Shown here: positions 32,382-41,785 of the stretch, one piece after another | How positions within the stretch are numbered: position 1 is the stretch's first letter | Layout: every line of letters starts with the position of its first letter | DNA from: a virus | Lineage: Duplodnaviria > Caudoviricetes | Direction: 5' to 3' (one strand) | IMG/VR virus record: IMGVR_UViG_3300020159_004055 | Span: 1 to 63,350 of that record | Length of the DNA stretch: 63,350 nucleotides | Notes under the pieces: generated by a model | Database searches by the model: none | The model's input: only the letters and a program-made list of their open reading frames with translations | What the model was told of the DNA's origin: nothing | Position numbers and translations under genes: made by a program

Positions 32382-33884
32382 ATGCCGACCCTGAATATTC
32401 AAAGTTTAAACCTTGGTGACACGCAAGAGTCAATTATAGAGAAGGTTAACACCAATTTTGACGCCATCGTTGCAAATGGCGGAGGACCGCAAGGTCCAAA
32501 AGGAGATCAAGGCCTGCAAGGGGCTATTGGTCAAGCGGGACCTAAGGGTGATCCTGGAGAGGAGGGAACTAGAGGTACAAGATGGTTTGTTCAAAGCGTA
32601 GAACCTACTGGTGGAATTAATAACCCTATTCTTGTTGGAGATTACTGGGTTCAAACATTGGCGAACAATTCTATTTATGAATATACATCAGCAGGATGGA
32701 TAGACACGGGGTATAATTTAAAAGCAACGGAAGTTTTTGAATTAGTTACTGGTATTTCAGGTCCGACTGGTAATAAAAATGCAATCGTAATTAGCTCGCC
32801 TTCTCCCGAGTTAAATACTTTGGTTCTTAGTGATTCTGTTGCTGCTACATCAACTGTTAACCCAACTTATTCTAAACTTTTAATTTCTACTAATGGGACG
32901 AATGATTATCCCATCTTAGAATTTTCTAAAACTAACGCATCTGGTTTAGGAACACCAGCAGATTACAATAGACACCCACAATTTAGATGGCTTAGCCCTT
33001 CTGGGAGTAATTATGACCTCCTGTTTTCAGTTCCACAGGATTCATTAGAAGTTAGAAGTGGAGGTTCATTAACACTGCAATCGACTGCATCAACAATGAA
33101 CATATCTGGTAATCTTGGTGTAAATATTACGTCGGGATCTCAAATGAATCTGACTTCAGTTGGTGCTATGTCATTTTCGTCGGGATCCTCGGTAATGACT
33201 TTCACATCACAGAAGTTCAATCTGAGTTCTACTTTATTTTCACTTACCGTACCAATAAATATTACAAGTACCTCCCCAGCAGTTCTTATGAACTTCATTA
33301 ACAATGGGACAGGAGATACTTTGCTAATTTCATCATCAAGTTCTTCAACTTCATATTTCTTGTTCAGAACTATTTCTTCCGGAACGGAAAGGTTCTCTGT
33401 CAGAAACGATGGTAAAGTAACATTTAATAGGAGTGCAAATTATACAGCCGGACAAACATCCAGCAGCGCTTCCTACACCACAACTATTTCTTCAGTAACC
33501 TACAGTAGCTGGTTTTATGGACCAAACTCAGGTACTTCTGGAGGTGTGAATGTCTATTCTTTTGGCGAGGGTAATATCTCTTATGCAAATTGGACAACTT
33601 CAAATAGCAGGATTATTGGGATTCCAATGATTCCGAATGTATCTAGTTGGGGAGATTATTTAGCAAACTACGAGTCTATAACTCTACGATATTTTGCTGT
33701 AAATGGTAAACCTTTCAATGGTATTGTGTGGATGACGGGGGCTCCGCCAAGTTCCATAACACCATATGATATTTTCGCAAGCTCAGCTAGTATGGTAGAG
33801 GTAACAATTTTAAGATTGACGTCTACATCATCTTATAAAATTTACTGGCGTACTTGTTCAGGTGAATGTGGAACCTTAGTTTAA
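32382..33884 (+). CDS. Collagen-repeat tail fibre protein
   Basis: GDTQESIIEKVNTNF anchor, then GPQGPKGDQGLQGAIGQAGPKGDPGEEG. Confidence 0.75.
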   Translation: MPTLNIQSLNLGDTQESIIEKVNTNFDAIVANGGGPQGPKGDQGLQGAIGQAGPKGDPGEEGTRGTRWFVQSVEPTGGINNPILVGDYWVQTLANNSIYEYTSAGWIDTGYNLKATEVFELVTGISGPTGNKNAIVISSPSPELNTLVLSDSVAATSTVNPTYSKLLISTNGTNDYPILEFSKTNASGLGTPADYNRHPQFRWLSPSGSNYDLLFSVPQDSLEVRSGGSLTLQSTASTMNISGNLGVNITSGSQMNLTSVGAMSFSSGSSVMTFTSQKFNLSSTLFSLTVPINITSTSPAVLMNFINNGTGDTLLISSSSSSTSYFLFRTISSGTERFSVRNDGKVTFNRSANYTAGQTSSSASYTTTISSVTYSSWFYGPNSGTSGGVNVYSFGEGNISYANWTTSNSRIIGIPMIPNVSSWGDYLANYESITLRYFAVNGKPFNGIVWMTGAPPSSITPYDIFASSASMVEVTILRLTSTSSYKIYWRTCSGECGTLV

Positions 33885-33891
33885 TTATATT

Positions 33892-35466
33892 ATGGCGGAT
33901 TTCAACACAAAATATATTTTACCGGGTGACAACAAGGACATTATTCTTGATAAAATAAATTACAATTTTTATCAGGTTTTCTTTAATGGTGTCGGTGAAG
34001 AGGGTCCTGTAGGAGATGTCGGTGCGACAGGTCTTAGAGGTCAAGCTGGAAGGGACGGAAATCACGGTGCTACCGGGGAAAGAGCAGCGAATTGGTATTT
34101 TTCTTCCACAGAGCCAACTGCAGCAGAGTCCCAGCAAAATGATATTTGGATAAACACTGGGTCCACCGGTGGTCAACAGGTTTACATTTATTCGTCAGGA
34201 TCCTGGGTTTATACTGGTGAAACTTTACTTTCATCTGGCCAGTTCGCAACATTGATTGGCGCATCAGGACCGGGTGGTTCGACAGACAACAATGCCATTT
34301 ATATTAATGGCAATTCTATAAACAAATCACTAGTTCTCTCAGATGCTATAGGAACCACCGGTGATATAAATCCAAATCTTGCCAAGCTTCTAATTTCTAC
34401 CAACACGTCCAGTACTTCGGACTTTCCGTTACTTGGATTTGCTAAAACTTTCCTGACACAAACCCCAAATGGGATACCATCTTTAAAATGGAAAGAAGTT
34501 GGAGGAAACTACAAAACAGATTGGATCTTACCTGGTAATAGTATTATCCAAAGTGGCCTGACGGGAAGTTATTCTGCAACCGGGGGAACAGCAAATATTT
34601 CATCTGCAGGTATTACTAATATTACCTCTCAGTCCACCATGACTCTAACTGGGGCAACTGGTGTATCTGGAGCTTTTGCGTTTACTACAAACGGAATCTT
34701 AAATTTTACATCATCCAACGTAAATTTAAGTACCTCTGTTGCCTCCGTCGTTTTAGGAATAGGTGGAACAGCTTTTGTTTCTGCAGTTTCCACTCCTAGC
34801 ACTCCTCTTGTTTACTTGCAAGGTCCAGGAGGAGGAATGATTGTACAATCCACAGCAGATACTAGTAACCAGCTTTTGCAAGTTTTGGATGTAAATGACA
34901 AAGTTCTAATGTCTTCTGGAAGACAAAATAAATTTGTTTTTGGTGGGAGTGGTGCAACTGGTTTTAAGGAAACAAAAAGAATATCAACGACTTCTCCCGT
35001 AACTTTTCCCACATTTACCAGAGGAGCATTTACTAATAATTATTTAGATTGTGGATCTCCAACAAATGATCTTTGTCTAGTTACACCATCTTATTCTGGA
35101 TCTTCTTCAGCAGATGGTAGATCTAATAGGGTATATTTGTCGGTTGGATCGAATTATTCTTGGGCAACCGATCTAGTTTCTATTGGTCAATCAAGGGCAT
35201 TCGATTTTTATTTGAATAGCTCAACCTATTCATTCGGTGGAATAAGAGCTGTCACTGCTCAATCTGGAGGGATAAATTCAGCTCAGATAAATGATCTCGG
35301 ATCTGGGGCAACTGGATGTCAACACATTAGATTGACATTTTTTGATAGCAGTGTTGCTGCTTTCCACTATCAAGCTTTTTCTAATACAAATTATTCTTGT
35401 GGGTGGATAACCTACACAGTAGCTGAACTAGCACCAGGTGCTGGTGGTTCTAAGTCATTCTTTTAA
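33892..35466 (+). CDS. Collagen-repeat tail fibre protein, paralog of the preceding gene
   Basis: GDNKDIILDKINYNF, Gly-X-Y run, shared LVLSD...NP...KLLISTN...P.L.F.KT block. Confidence 0.75.
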   Translation: MADFNTKYILPGDNKDIILDKINYNFYQVFFNGVGEEGPVGDVGATGLRGQAGRDGNHGATGERAANWYFSSTEPTAAESQQNDIWINTGSTGGQQVYIYSSGSWVYTGETLLSSGQFATLIGASGPGGSTDNNAIYINGNSINKSLVLSDAIGTTGDINPNLAKLLISTNTSSTSDFPLLGFAKTFLTQTPNGIPSLKWKEVGGNYKTDWILPGNSIIQSGLTGSYSATGGTANISSAGITNITSQSTMTLTGATGVSGAFAFTTNGILNFTSSNVNLSTSVASVVLGIGGTAFVSAVSTPSTPLVYLQGPGGGMIVQSTADTSNQLLQVLDVNDKVLMSSGRQNKFVFGGSGATGFKETKRISTTSPVTFPTFTRGAFTNNYLDCGSPTNDLCLVTPSYSGSSSADGRSNRVYLSVGSNYSWATDLVSIGQSRAFDFYLNSSTYSFGGIRAVTAQSGGINSAQINDLGSGATGCQHIRLTFFDSSVAAFHYQAFSNTNYSCGWITYTVAELAPGAGGSKSFF

Positions 35467-35495
35467 TTATTGTAACTTTTAAAATTTAGATAAAT

Positions 35496-35741
35496 ATGTT
35501 CGAAATGAATCTAACAGGAGAAGAAAAAAAGATAGCTAACTTGATAAAATCAAGATTTGGTGAGGTAAGATCCGATATAAGCTCAATTGAGAAGGAGATG
35601 GAAATCTTAACTCATAAAGCCGGGACTTTGGTTAGAGAGTTGGAAAATCTTAGGGAGGAAGAGAAAAAATTCATTGAAAACCTAGAGAATAAATACGGGA
35701 AAGGAATACTTGATCCCTTCCGTCTGGTATACACAAAATAG
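35496..35741 (+). CDS. Small coiled-coil hypothetical protein
   Basis: 81 aa with heptad pattern ending LENKYGKG. Confidence 0.55.
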   Translation: MFEMNLTGEEKKIANLIKSRFGEVRSDISSIEKEMEILTHKAGTLVRELENLREEEKKFIENLENKYGKGILDPFRLVYTK

Positions 35742-35751
35742 AAAAACAAAA

Positions 35752-36549
35752 ATGACCAAATTATTAAATCTTAGGAATCTTTCTTTAGTTGCGATAGTCA
35801 TACTCGCTCTTTTGCTTTTAAGACAGTGTGGAGTGGCTAATGATGCTAAAAAAGAGGCTGAAAGAAGTCTGCACAATCTTCTTGCTGAACAAGATTCGGT
35901 TAGAACGATTAAATCGAAGCTTGGGAATGTTCTGGTTGAAAAGTCTGCATTCCAGCTAAAGTATTCGGAACTAACTAAAGAACAAGAACAACTCATAGCA
36001 CAACTTGAGCTCGAAAAAAACAAAAGGCCTGGAGTGATAATTGAAACACAGGTGGTTTACAAGGATACTTCCATTGTAGTACCTGTCCAAAATAGAATAA
36101 AGGATGGTGTTAACACTCTTTCTTTTCTCTATAACCCAACCCTTCCTGGAGCTAACAAACTCAACATTTCTGGGAATCTACCTTACAATGTTAAAACGGA
36201 TACTTTGGCTGATGGGTCTTTTTCTGCCTCTGTTATTCCTGGGAACGTCCAGCTTTCTATCGAGCAAAGAATAGACTTAGTAACTGGTCTATACAGGGAT
36301 CCAAAAACAAACAGACTTTATGTCAGGGCTTCCACTTCATTCCCAGGAATAACATTTAATGATATCCAAGCACTGGATATGGTTGATGATCCGGGTACAA
36401 GAAAGGCCATGAAGGGAGCTAGAAAAACTTGGTCATTTGGAGTCAATGCTGGATATGGCTTAGTGTTTACACCTAATGGATATAGCACAGGTCCGAGCAT
36501 CGGATTTGGACTCAATTATTCACCAAAATTCCTGCAGTTTGGCAAATAA
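35752..36549 (+). CDS. Membrane-anchored coiled-coil protein, candidate spanin
   Basis: Likely start ATG 35752; hydrophobic LSLVAIVILALLLLRQC, coiled coil, C-terminal amphipathic beta hairpin WSFGVNAGYG...IGFGLNY. Confidence 0.5.
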   Translation: MTKLLNLRNLSLVAIVILALLLLRQCGVANDAKKEAERSLHNLLAEQDSVRTIKSKLGNVLVEKSAFQLKYSELTKEQEQLIAQLELEKNKRPGVIIETQVVYKDTSIVVPVQNRIKDGVNTLSFLYNPTLPGANKLNISGNLPYNVKTDTLADGSFSASVIPGNVQLSIEQRIDLVTGLYRDPKTNRLYVRASTSFPGITFNDIQALDMVDDPGTRKAMKGARKTWSFGVNAGYGLVFTPNGYSTGPSIGFGLNYSPKFLQFGK

Positions 36550-36561
36550 ACTATAAAAAAC

Positions 36562-39117
36562 ATGTCATTTTCTACCACCTCTAAATTCGTTCAACTTTCA
36601 CCTTACATGGTGATGGAGTACATGTACGCTGACAATCCCAATCCAGAAACTTACTTCGTTAACACTGGTTCTCCCGCAGTTGGATATGACAGGTTGGTGA
36701 ATGATGTTTTATTAGATGCTAATTCACAGCCTTCTGGAGCTGTACAAATATTCAACCAGGATCAAAATACAGCAACGACAAATAACACTAGAAGCAACAG
36801 TGTTGTTCAAACTACGGAAAACACCTTCATTACTCTAGATCCTAACTTGGTTATCCCATATAATGATTTTAATAGTAATCTAACTGATACAGCAAACCTT
36901 CCTATTGTGTTCCCTTCGAACATCTCTGTAGTTTATGACTCGATAAGATATCACATTCTTGCTGGTTATAATCTTAATAACACTGACGGACTCATCATGC
37001 AGGTACAATATCCTGATGTGGATGGTTCTTTGGTAACGTTTTCCCAGATTAAGATTTCGAGCGGTTCTTCTCAGTCTTACATATTAAATCCAAGCCCAGT
37101 AACTATTGGCTCAAACATTTATGACAAGTACGTTGAGGTCAAGATACCAAGCCTTGTAGATATGAACAATCAATATGGTGCTGCTACACCAATGAACAAA
37201 CCAAACACACTGGCGGGTAAAACTTCTAAGAGCGGTAATGGTTTTCTAGTGGCTGCGCCAATCAGAATCACTGCAAGACAAATTATCAACACCACATTAA
37301 CGAATGGATACACGACATACGGAACACAAATTTTAGCAGTACTTTCTTTAGAATCAACAGATCCGTTCCAAAATATAGGTGCTTACATTGCTCCTGCTGA
37401 TACTGGGGATTTCTTTGAATATTTTGCAACCGATAATGGAGGATTCCCAGAGGATTTCATTCTATTCCAGAATTCAATTGGAAACTCCTACTACATCCAG
37501 CATTCGGTCGAGGTTTTAGAGCAGGTAGGTGCTGCTTTGCTGAACACTTCGAATTTTAACACCATTCAAACTACTGCATACGACGTTCCTAACCTTTTCA
37601 GACCAATAGTTAGGTATCCTCAAGTTGCTGTATCATTCACTTTGAGGTACACAATGACATTGGTAAATAGCGTTGACCAATCGAGGCTTATAAGAATTTC
37701 AACATACACCTCGAATGATGTTGGAAGATATGGAGCGGATATCCAACCTTTGCAATTATCTGTTTTACCCCAGCAACAAAAAATTTATAACAAAGTTGCG
37801 GGAGCTACAAATTTGGCTATTGGTGGAAACTCCAACGCACCTCAGCAGGTTACAAAGTACACAAATGTTTTTATAGATAGAACATTGGTTAACACAACCC
37901 TTACTAATCTTTCTGTAAACGGAACACTTATTAGACAGGACAACGTTGATCAAGCAAGCCAAATCTCGTATGGTATTGGACAAGCTTATATCACGATCAG
38001 TCCTTTTGATAATTACTTCAAATTCACTTTCTTTCAAAAGGCTAAGGATGGAACAACTAAAAATATTGACCTAACATCAGCCGGAACTTATTCTATGGTT
38101 TTTGTGGATAATAATAACAATAAGGTCCACGCTCCATCCATAACAGATAACAATTTGGCAAAGCCCGCATTGGGCGAGATTGCTTTTAAAGTTTCAGAAA
38201 GCATTGCTCAGCAGGTCCTACAATTTACAAATCGAAAATTTTACATCTCCAACTCCCCAGTTCTTGAGGATCCAAATACTAATTCGAATCAGCAGGGATT
38301 ATCAAAAATAACAAATGCAGCGAAACGCTTATCTGAAAGATCTGTGGCTCTCAGTGACTCGGTTACTGAATTGAAAATTCAGGCACTAAAGGACAAAAAT
38401 ATCAGCCAGGTAAATGCTTCTACAGCTCTAATATCTAAAGCGGTTGATTCTGCCAGGATTTCTGCTAAATCATCTTCAGTAATTTATTGGGGAAATTGGT
38501 TGAAAGAGGGAGAAATTGCTCCTCAGGTAACTGCATTCTCCGGGCAAACATTTATTACAGGTCAAGGAACATCTGGACAATCCGGTAACGATTCTAGAGT
38601 AGGAAAGAGCTCATGGCAAATCTTCGGTTCTACCTCTGGAAGTACACAGGCTAATTCTCCTAGCCCAATTACTACTTCAACATCTAACCAGGTTAGACAA
38701 TTACTAACCCAACAACAATTGATCTCTTCGATCTCTTCGGATGTTCAGGGTAAGATAAGCATAGGATGGTCTACACCGGATATACTTTCTTACTTCCTAG
38801 ATCCGTCTAGTACTGGATATCAACTTTATGCCGGTATAACTAAACAAATTTTCATTCAGGCTGTAACTGGTATTTTTTCAGCAAATGATCTAAATTTAGC
38901 CCTTGCTTACGGAAATACTGAAGCCGGGATTACTACTGGTGGTGCTGGAGCCCTTGGTGGTTCAACAAGCGGACAGGCTGCTGGCGATGGTGGAAGCTCT
39001 ATCGCAACACCTAACATAACATTCAGCATTCCTGGAATTTCTAACACAAATACACCAGGACAGGCATCGGGAATTATGGCGGGATCGCAAGGTCCTCAAT
39101 TTACCCCCCTAATATAA
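36562..39117 (+). CDS. Hypothetical virion structural protein
   Basis: 851 aa; beta-rich N-terminal part, low-complexity G/S/Q C-terminal part. Confidence 0.5.
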   Translation: MSFSTTSKFVQLSPYMVMEYMYADNPNPETYFVNTGSPAVGYDRLVNDVLLDANSQPSGAVQIFNQDQNTATTNNTRSNSVVQTTENTFITLDPNLVIPYNDFNSNLTDTANLPIVFPSNISVVYDSIRYHILAGYNLNNTDGLIMQVQYPDVDGSLVTFSQIKISSGSSQSYILNPSPVTIGSNIYDKYVEVKIPSLVDMNNQYGAATPMNKPNTLAGKTSKSGNGFLVAAPIRITARQIINTTLTNGYTTYGTQILAVLSLESTDPFQNIGAYIAPADTGDFFEYFATDNGGFPEDFILFQNSIGNSYYIQHSVEVLEQVGAALLNTSNFNTIQTTAYDVPNLFRPIVRYPQVAVSFTLRYTMTLVNSVDQSRLIRISTYTSNDVGRYGADIQPLQLSVLPQQQKIYNKVAGATNLAIGGNSNAPQQVTKYTNVFIDRTLVNTTLTNLSVNGTLIRQDNVDQASQISYGIGQAYITISPFDNYFKFTFFQKAKDGTTKNIDLTSAGTYSMVFVDNNNNKVHAPSITDNNLAKPALGEIAFKVSESIAQQVLQFTNRKFYISNSPVLEDPNTNSNQQGLSKITNAAKRLSERSVALSDSVTELKIQALKDKNISQVNASTALISKAVDSARISAKSSSVIYWGNWLKEGEIAPQVTAFSGQTFITGQGTSGQSGNDSRVGKSSWQIFGSTSGSTQANSPSPITTSTSNQVRQLLTQQQLISSISSDVQGKISIGWSTPDILSYFLDPSSTGYQLYAGITKQIFIQAVTGIFSANDLNLALAYGNTEAGITTGGAGALGGSTSGQAAGDGGSSIATPNITFSIPGISNTNTPGQASGIMAGSQGPQFTPLI

Positions 39118-39126
39118 AAAGGATAG

Positions 39127-39687
39127 ATGAGCATTCTTAACGCAAGAGCAAACAGTTTTTACTTTGTATTCCCAAAAGGATTCTTTCCCGATAAGGTACA
39201 CCAAAAGTATATTGACTATTTGAAAGCACAACCTACGCCTTATGATACCTTGACGTCATACATGAATAGCACTATTCAGGCAATTACATTCCCTTCAATG
39301 TCAATTGATTCTGTTGAGCAGGTTAGAAATCTTGGTAAGAAAGTTAATTATCAAAGTGCTACCCCAGTACAGGATTTATTTGCTAGAGATTTTCAAGTCA
39401 CATTCCGTGTTGCAGAAGGATTCATAAATTATTTCATAATGCTTGAAACCGTACTCGACTATCTTGACTTCAAAAATCCTGCAATCTATGTACAAAATTT
39501 ACCATTAAGGACTCTCGATAATCAGGGTAATATTATAACGACAGTTATGTTTAAAGAAGTCATTTTTGGGTCTTTTTCGGAATTAAACTTCAACTACACA
39601 CAAAATGCTCCTACCGTTACAACATTCAGTGTTGGATTTAGATGCAACTATATAGGTTTAGATCTAGAAATTGACAGGATGAAATAA
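39127..39687 (+). CDS. Tail-tube-fold protein (T4 gp3/gp19-like tail completion)
   Basis: IQAITFPSMS, FQVTFRVAEGFINY, LRTLDNQGN...FSELNF...TFSVGF pattern; 186 aa. Confidence 0.6.
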   Translation: MSILNARANSFYFVFPKGFFPDKVHQKYIDYLKAQPTPYDTLTSYMNSTIQAITFPSMSIDSVEQVRNLGKKVNYQSATPVQDLFARDFQVTFRVAEGFINYFIMLETVLDYLDFKNPAIYVQNLPLRTLDNQGNIITTVMFKEVIFGSFSELNFNYTQNAPTVTTFSVGFRCNYIGLDLEIDRMK

Positions 39688-39695
39688 GATATATA
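39688..39695 (+). promoter_or_regulatory. GATATATA putative late promoter
   Basis: Directly after a stop codon, upstream of ATG 39718. Confidence 0.6.
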
Positions 39696-39717
39696 AAGAA
39701 CAAAAAAACAAAAAGAA

Positions 39718-39963
39718 ATGAAAAAGTTTTCAGAGCTCACTAAAATCAACGAGATGAAATACGGTCAACCTATGTACGGTGAAGACGATCTCAAACAACA
39801 CATGAAAGACCTGCTCGTAGCAGCTTCAGGTAATGACCAAAGGGTTCTTAATGACGTCGTGTCTTGCTTGACTGAGCCCCAAATGAAAGCTTGTTACGAT
39901 AAGTTAATCAATGTTTACAATTACACTGGCAAGAAAGGTGAAGTTGTAAAGCCAGAAATTTAA
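39718..39963 (+). CDS. Small protein, candidate internal head protein
   Basis: N-terminus MKKFSELTKINE resembles a capsid-targeting sequence. Confidence 0.5.
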   Translation: MKKFSELTKINEMKYGQPMYGEDDLKQHMKDLLVAASGNDQRVLNDVVSCLTEPQMKACYDKLINVYNYTGKKGEVVKPEI

Positions 39964-40006
39964 TCGACTTTTAGGAAAGAATCTTAGGAAAGATTAATAG
40001 ATTTTT

Positions 40007-40033
40007 AGCCCCCTAGTTATAGGGGGCTTTTTT
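40007..40033 (+). terminator. Rho-independent terminator
   Basis: AGCCCCCTA-GTTA-TAGGGGGCT followed by a T run. Confidence 0.85.
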
Positions 40034-40038
40034 GTTTG

Positions 40039-40046
40039 GATATATA
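40039..40046 (+). promoter_or_regulatory. GATATATA putative late promoter for the RuvC-like/RLP operon
   Basis: Just after the terminator and before the likely start at 40071. Confidence 0.6.
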
Positions 40047-40070
40047 AATGGCATTTTAAACAATAAAATT

Positions 40071-40736
40071 TTGAAAACATTAATCGGAATCGATTTTTCA
40101 CTAAACTCCCCAGCATTTTGTGTTAGAAAAGGCAATCAATTGATTTGGGGATCATTGACAAGAAGCGAGAGGGATAGGGAATCATATATCAAAAGTTCGA
40201 AAAAACCCTATGCTGTCTTGGATCCACAAGAGGAGTTCAATTTTCTTTTTATGGATAAGAAGAAAATGCCAGATGACTATTCTGAAAAGGAGAGAATCAA
40301 GATTGATTATTTTCAGGAGCTTGTTGACATATTTTGGACATCGATAATGGAAATATGTAAAGATGAAGAGATTGTGGTTGCGATGGAGGGTCTAAGTTTT
40401 TCCTCCAATGGCAACGCTTTGATTGATATTTCTATGGCTACTGCCTTGCTAAGGAAAAAGATCGTAGACCAAACCGGAAGCTCGAATTTCCATGTATTTT
40501 CACCCACCTCTGTCAAAAAATTTGCACTCAAGGGAAATGCAAAAAAGCATGAACTTTATGAGTCTTTGGTAAATCTTGATTCTGGAGAAACCAATCTGGG
40601 CAAATTCACTAAAATTTTAGAAGACAATAAGCATGAATGGATCACCGGGGGTGGAAACGTAAATAAGCCTCTAGACGATATGATTGATGCAACTTACATA
40701 TGTCTCTATCTATATGACACAGTCGGAAAAAATTAA
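40071..40736 (+). CDS. RuvC-like Holliday junction resolvase/nuclease
   Basis: IGIDFSLNSPA, VAMEGLSF, PTSVKKFA..GNAKK, DDMIDA; likely TTG start at 40071. Confidence 0.8.
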   Translation: MKTLIGIDFSLNSPAFCVRKGNQLIWGSLTRSERDRESYIKSSKKPYAVLDPQEEFNFLFMDKKKMPDDYSEKERIKIDYFQELVDIFWTSIMEICKDEEIVVAMEGLSFSSNGNALIDISMATALLRKKIVDQTGSSNFHVFSPTSVKKFALKGNAKKHELYESLVNLDSGETNLGKFTKILEDNKHEWITGGGNVNKPLDDMIDATYICLYLYDTVGKN

Positions 40737-41460
40737 CATCCTGATTCCTTTGGGAGGAGCCGGAAAAAGGTTTAGTGATAGCGGATACGAAGTGCCTAAA
40801 CCTTTTATTGATGTTGATGGTGAAACAATGATAAGAAGTGTTGTTAGCAACCTTAAACACGACCACTCGCATTTCATTTTTATAATAAACGAGCAAAGTA
40901 TTGGTATTTCTGATTTTCAGAAACACATTGAGGATTTATCAATTAGTTTTTCAATTTATGCAACACCATCTCTAACCGAGGGACCGGCTAGCACTGTCCT
41001 TTTAGCTAAAGACGAGATCAATACGGATATCCCACTGATAGTCGTTAATTGTGACCAGATCATACTAGACTTCAGTCTAGAAAACCTATTGTCGTTTTCT
41101 AAAACAACCGGCTGTGATGGAATACTCGGATGCTTCCTTTCTTCTTCAAAAAAGAATAGTTACGTTAGATTGGATCCAAACGGGGAAATTAGTGAAGTAA
41201 AGGAGAAGATAGTCATCTCAAATGTCGCAACTAATGGTTTACACTATTGGAAGTGTGGATCACTCTTTGTTAAATCTGCAGAGCAAATGATTGCTTTGGG
41301 TGACAGATATAATAATGAATTTTATGTTGCTCCTTCATATAACTACCTTATCAAGGAGGGGAAAAAAATACTTCCTTTCTTTTACAATTTACACTTTCCG
41401 ATTGGAACACCTGAAGACTTACAAACATACTTAGACATAAAGAAAAATGCAAATATTTAA
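40714..41460 (+). CDS. Sugar-phosphate nucleotidyltransferase (GT-A fold NTP transferase)
   Basis: ILIPLGGAGKRF..GY..PKPFI, TEGPA, VVNCDQ, EVKEK, NEFYVAP, IGTPEDL; likely start ATG 40714. Confidence 0.85.
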   Translation: MTQSEKINILIPLGGAGKRFSDSGYEVPKPFIDVDGETMIRSVVSNLKHDHSHFIFIINEQSIGISDFQKHIEDLSISFSIYATPSLTEGPASTVLLAKDEINTDIPLIVVNCDQIILDFSLENLLSFSKTTGCDGILGCFLSSSKKNSYVRLDPNGEISEVKEKIVISNVATNGLHYWKCGSLFVKSAEQMIALGDRYNNEFYVAPSYNYLIKEGKKILPFFYNLHFPIGTPEDLQTYLDIKKNANI

Positions 41461-41785
41461 GATTGAAGATATGACTGGTGGCTGGTATGCAGGGGATTTT
41501 TCACCCTGTGCTTATCCCACTAAAGATTTTGAAATTTGTTATAAGAAACATCACAAAGGCGAATCGTGGCCAGCCCACTATCACAAAGAAGCTGACGAAA
41601 TAAATTTCCTTCGGAGTGGTAGAATGATCATACAAGGCAAGGAACTAGTGGCTGGTGACATTTTCATTCTCAAAAAGGGTGAGATAGCAAATCCGGTTTT
41701 TCTTGAAGATTGCGAAGTATTTATTGTAAAAACCCCAAGTGTAATCGGTGATAAATTCATATTAGGAGATGATCAGCATATTTAG
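41447..41785 (+). CDS. Cupin-domain protein
   Basis: HYHKEADEIN metal motif and GDIFIL..GE second cupin motif. Confidence 0.8.
   Translation: MQIFKIEDMTGGWYAGDFSPCAYPTKDFEICYKKHHKGESWPAHYHKEADEINFLRSGRMIIQGKELVAGDIFILKKGEIANPVFLEDCEVFIVKTPSVIGDKFILGDDQHI

Noticed and set aside
365-39687. Bacterial contractile injection system or tailocin locus
   Set aside because: It is contiguous with T4-like replication genes (gp32, primase, UvsW, PolB, gp56) and a neck gene, so a phage genome fits better.
39971-39993. Direct repeat TTAGGAAAGA x2
   Set aside because: Only two 10-bp copies in a 3' UTR; no spacer structure, so not CRISPR, and no other support.
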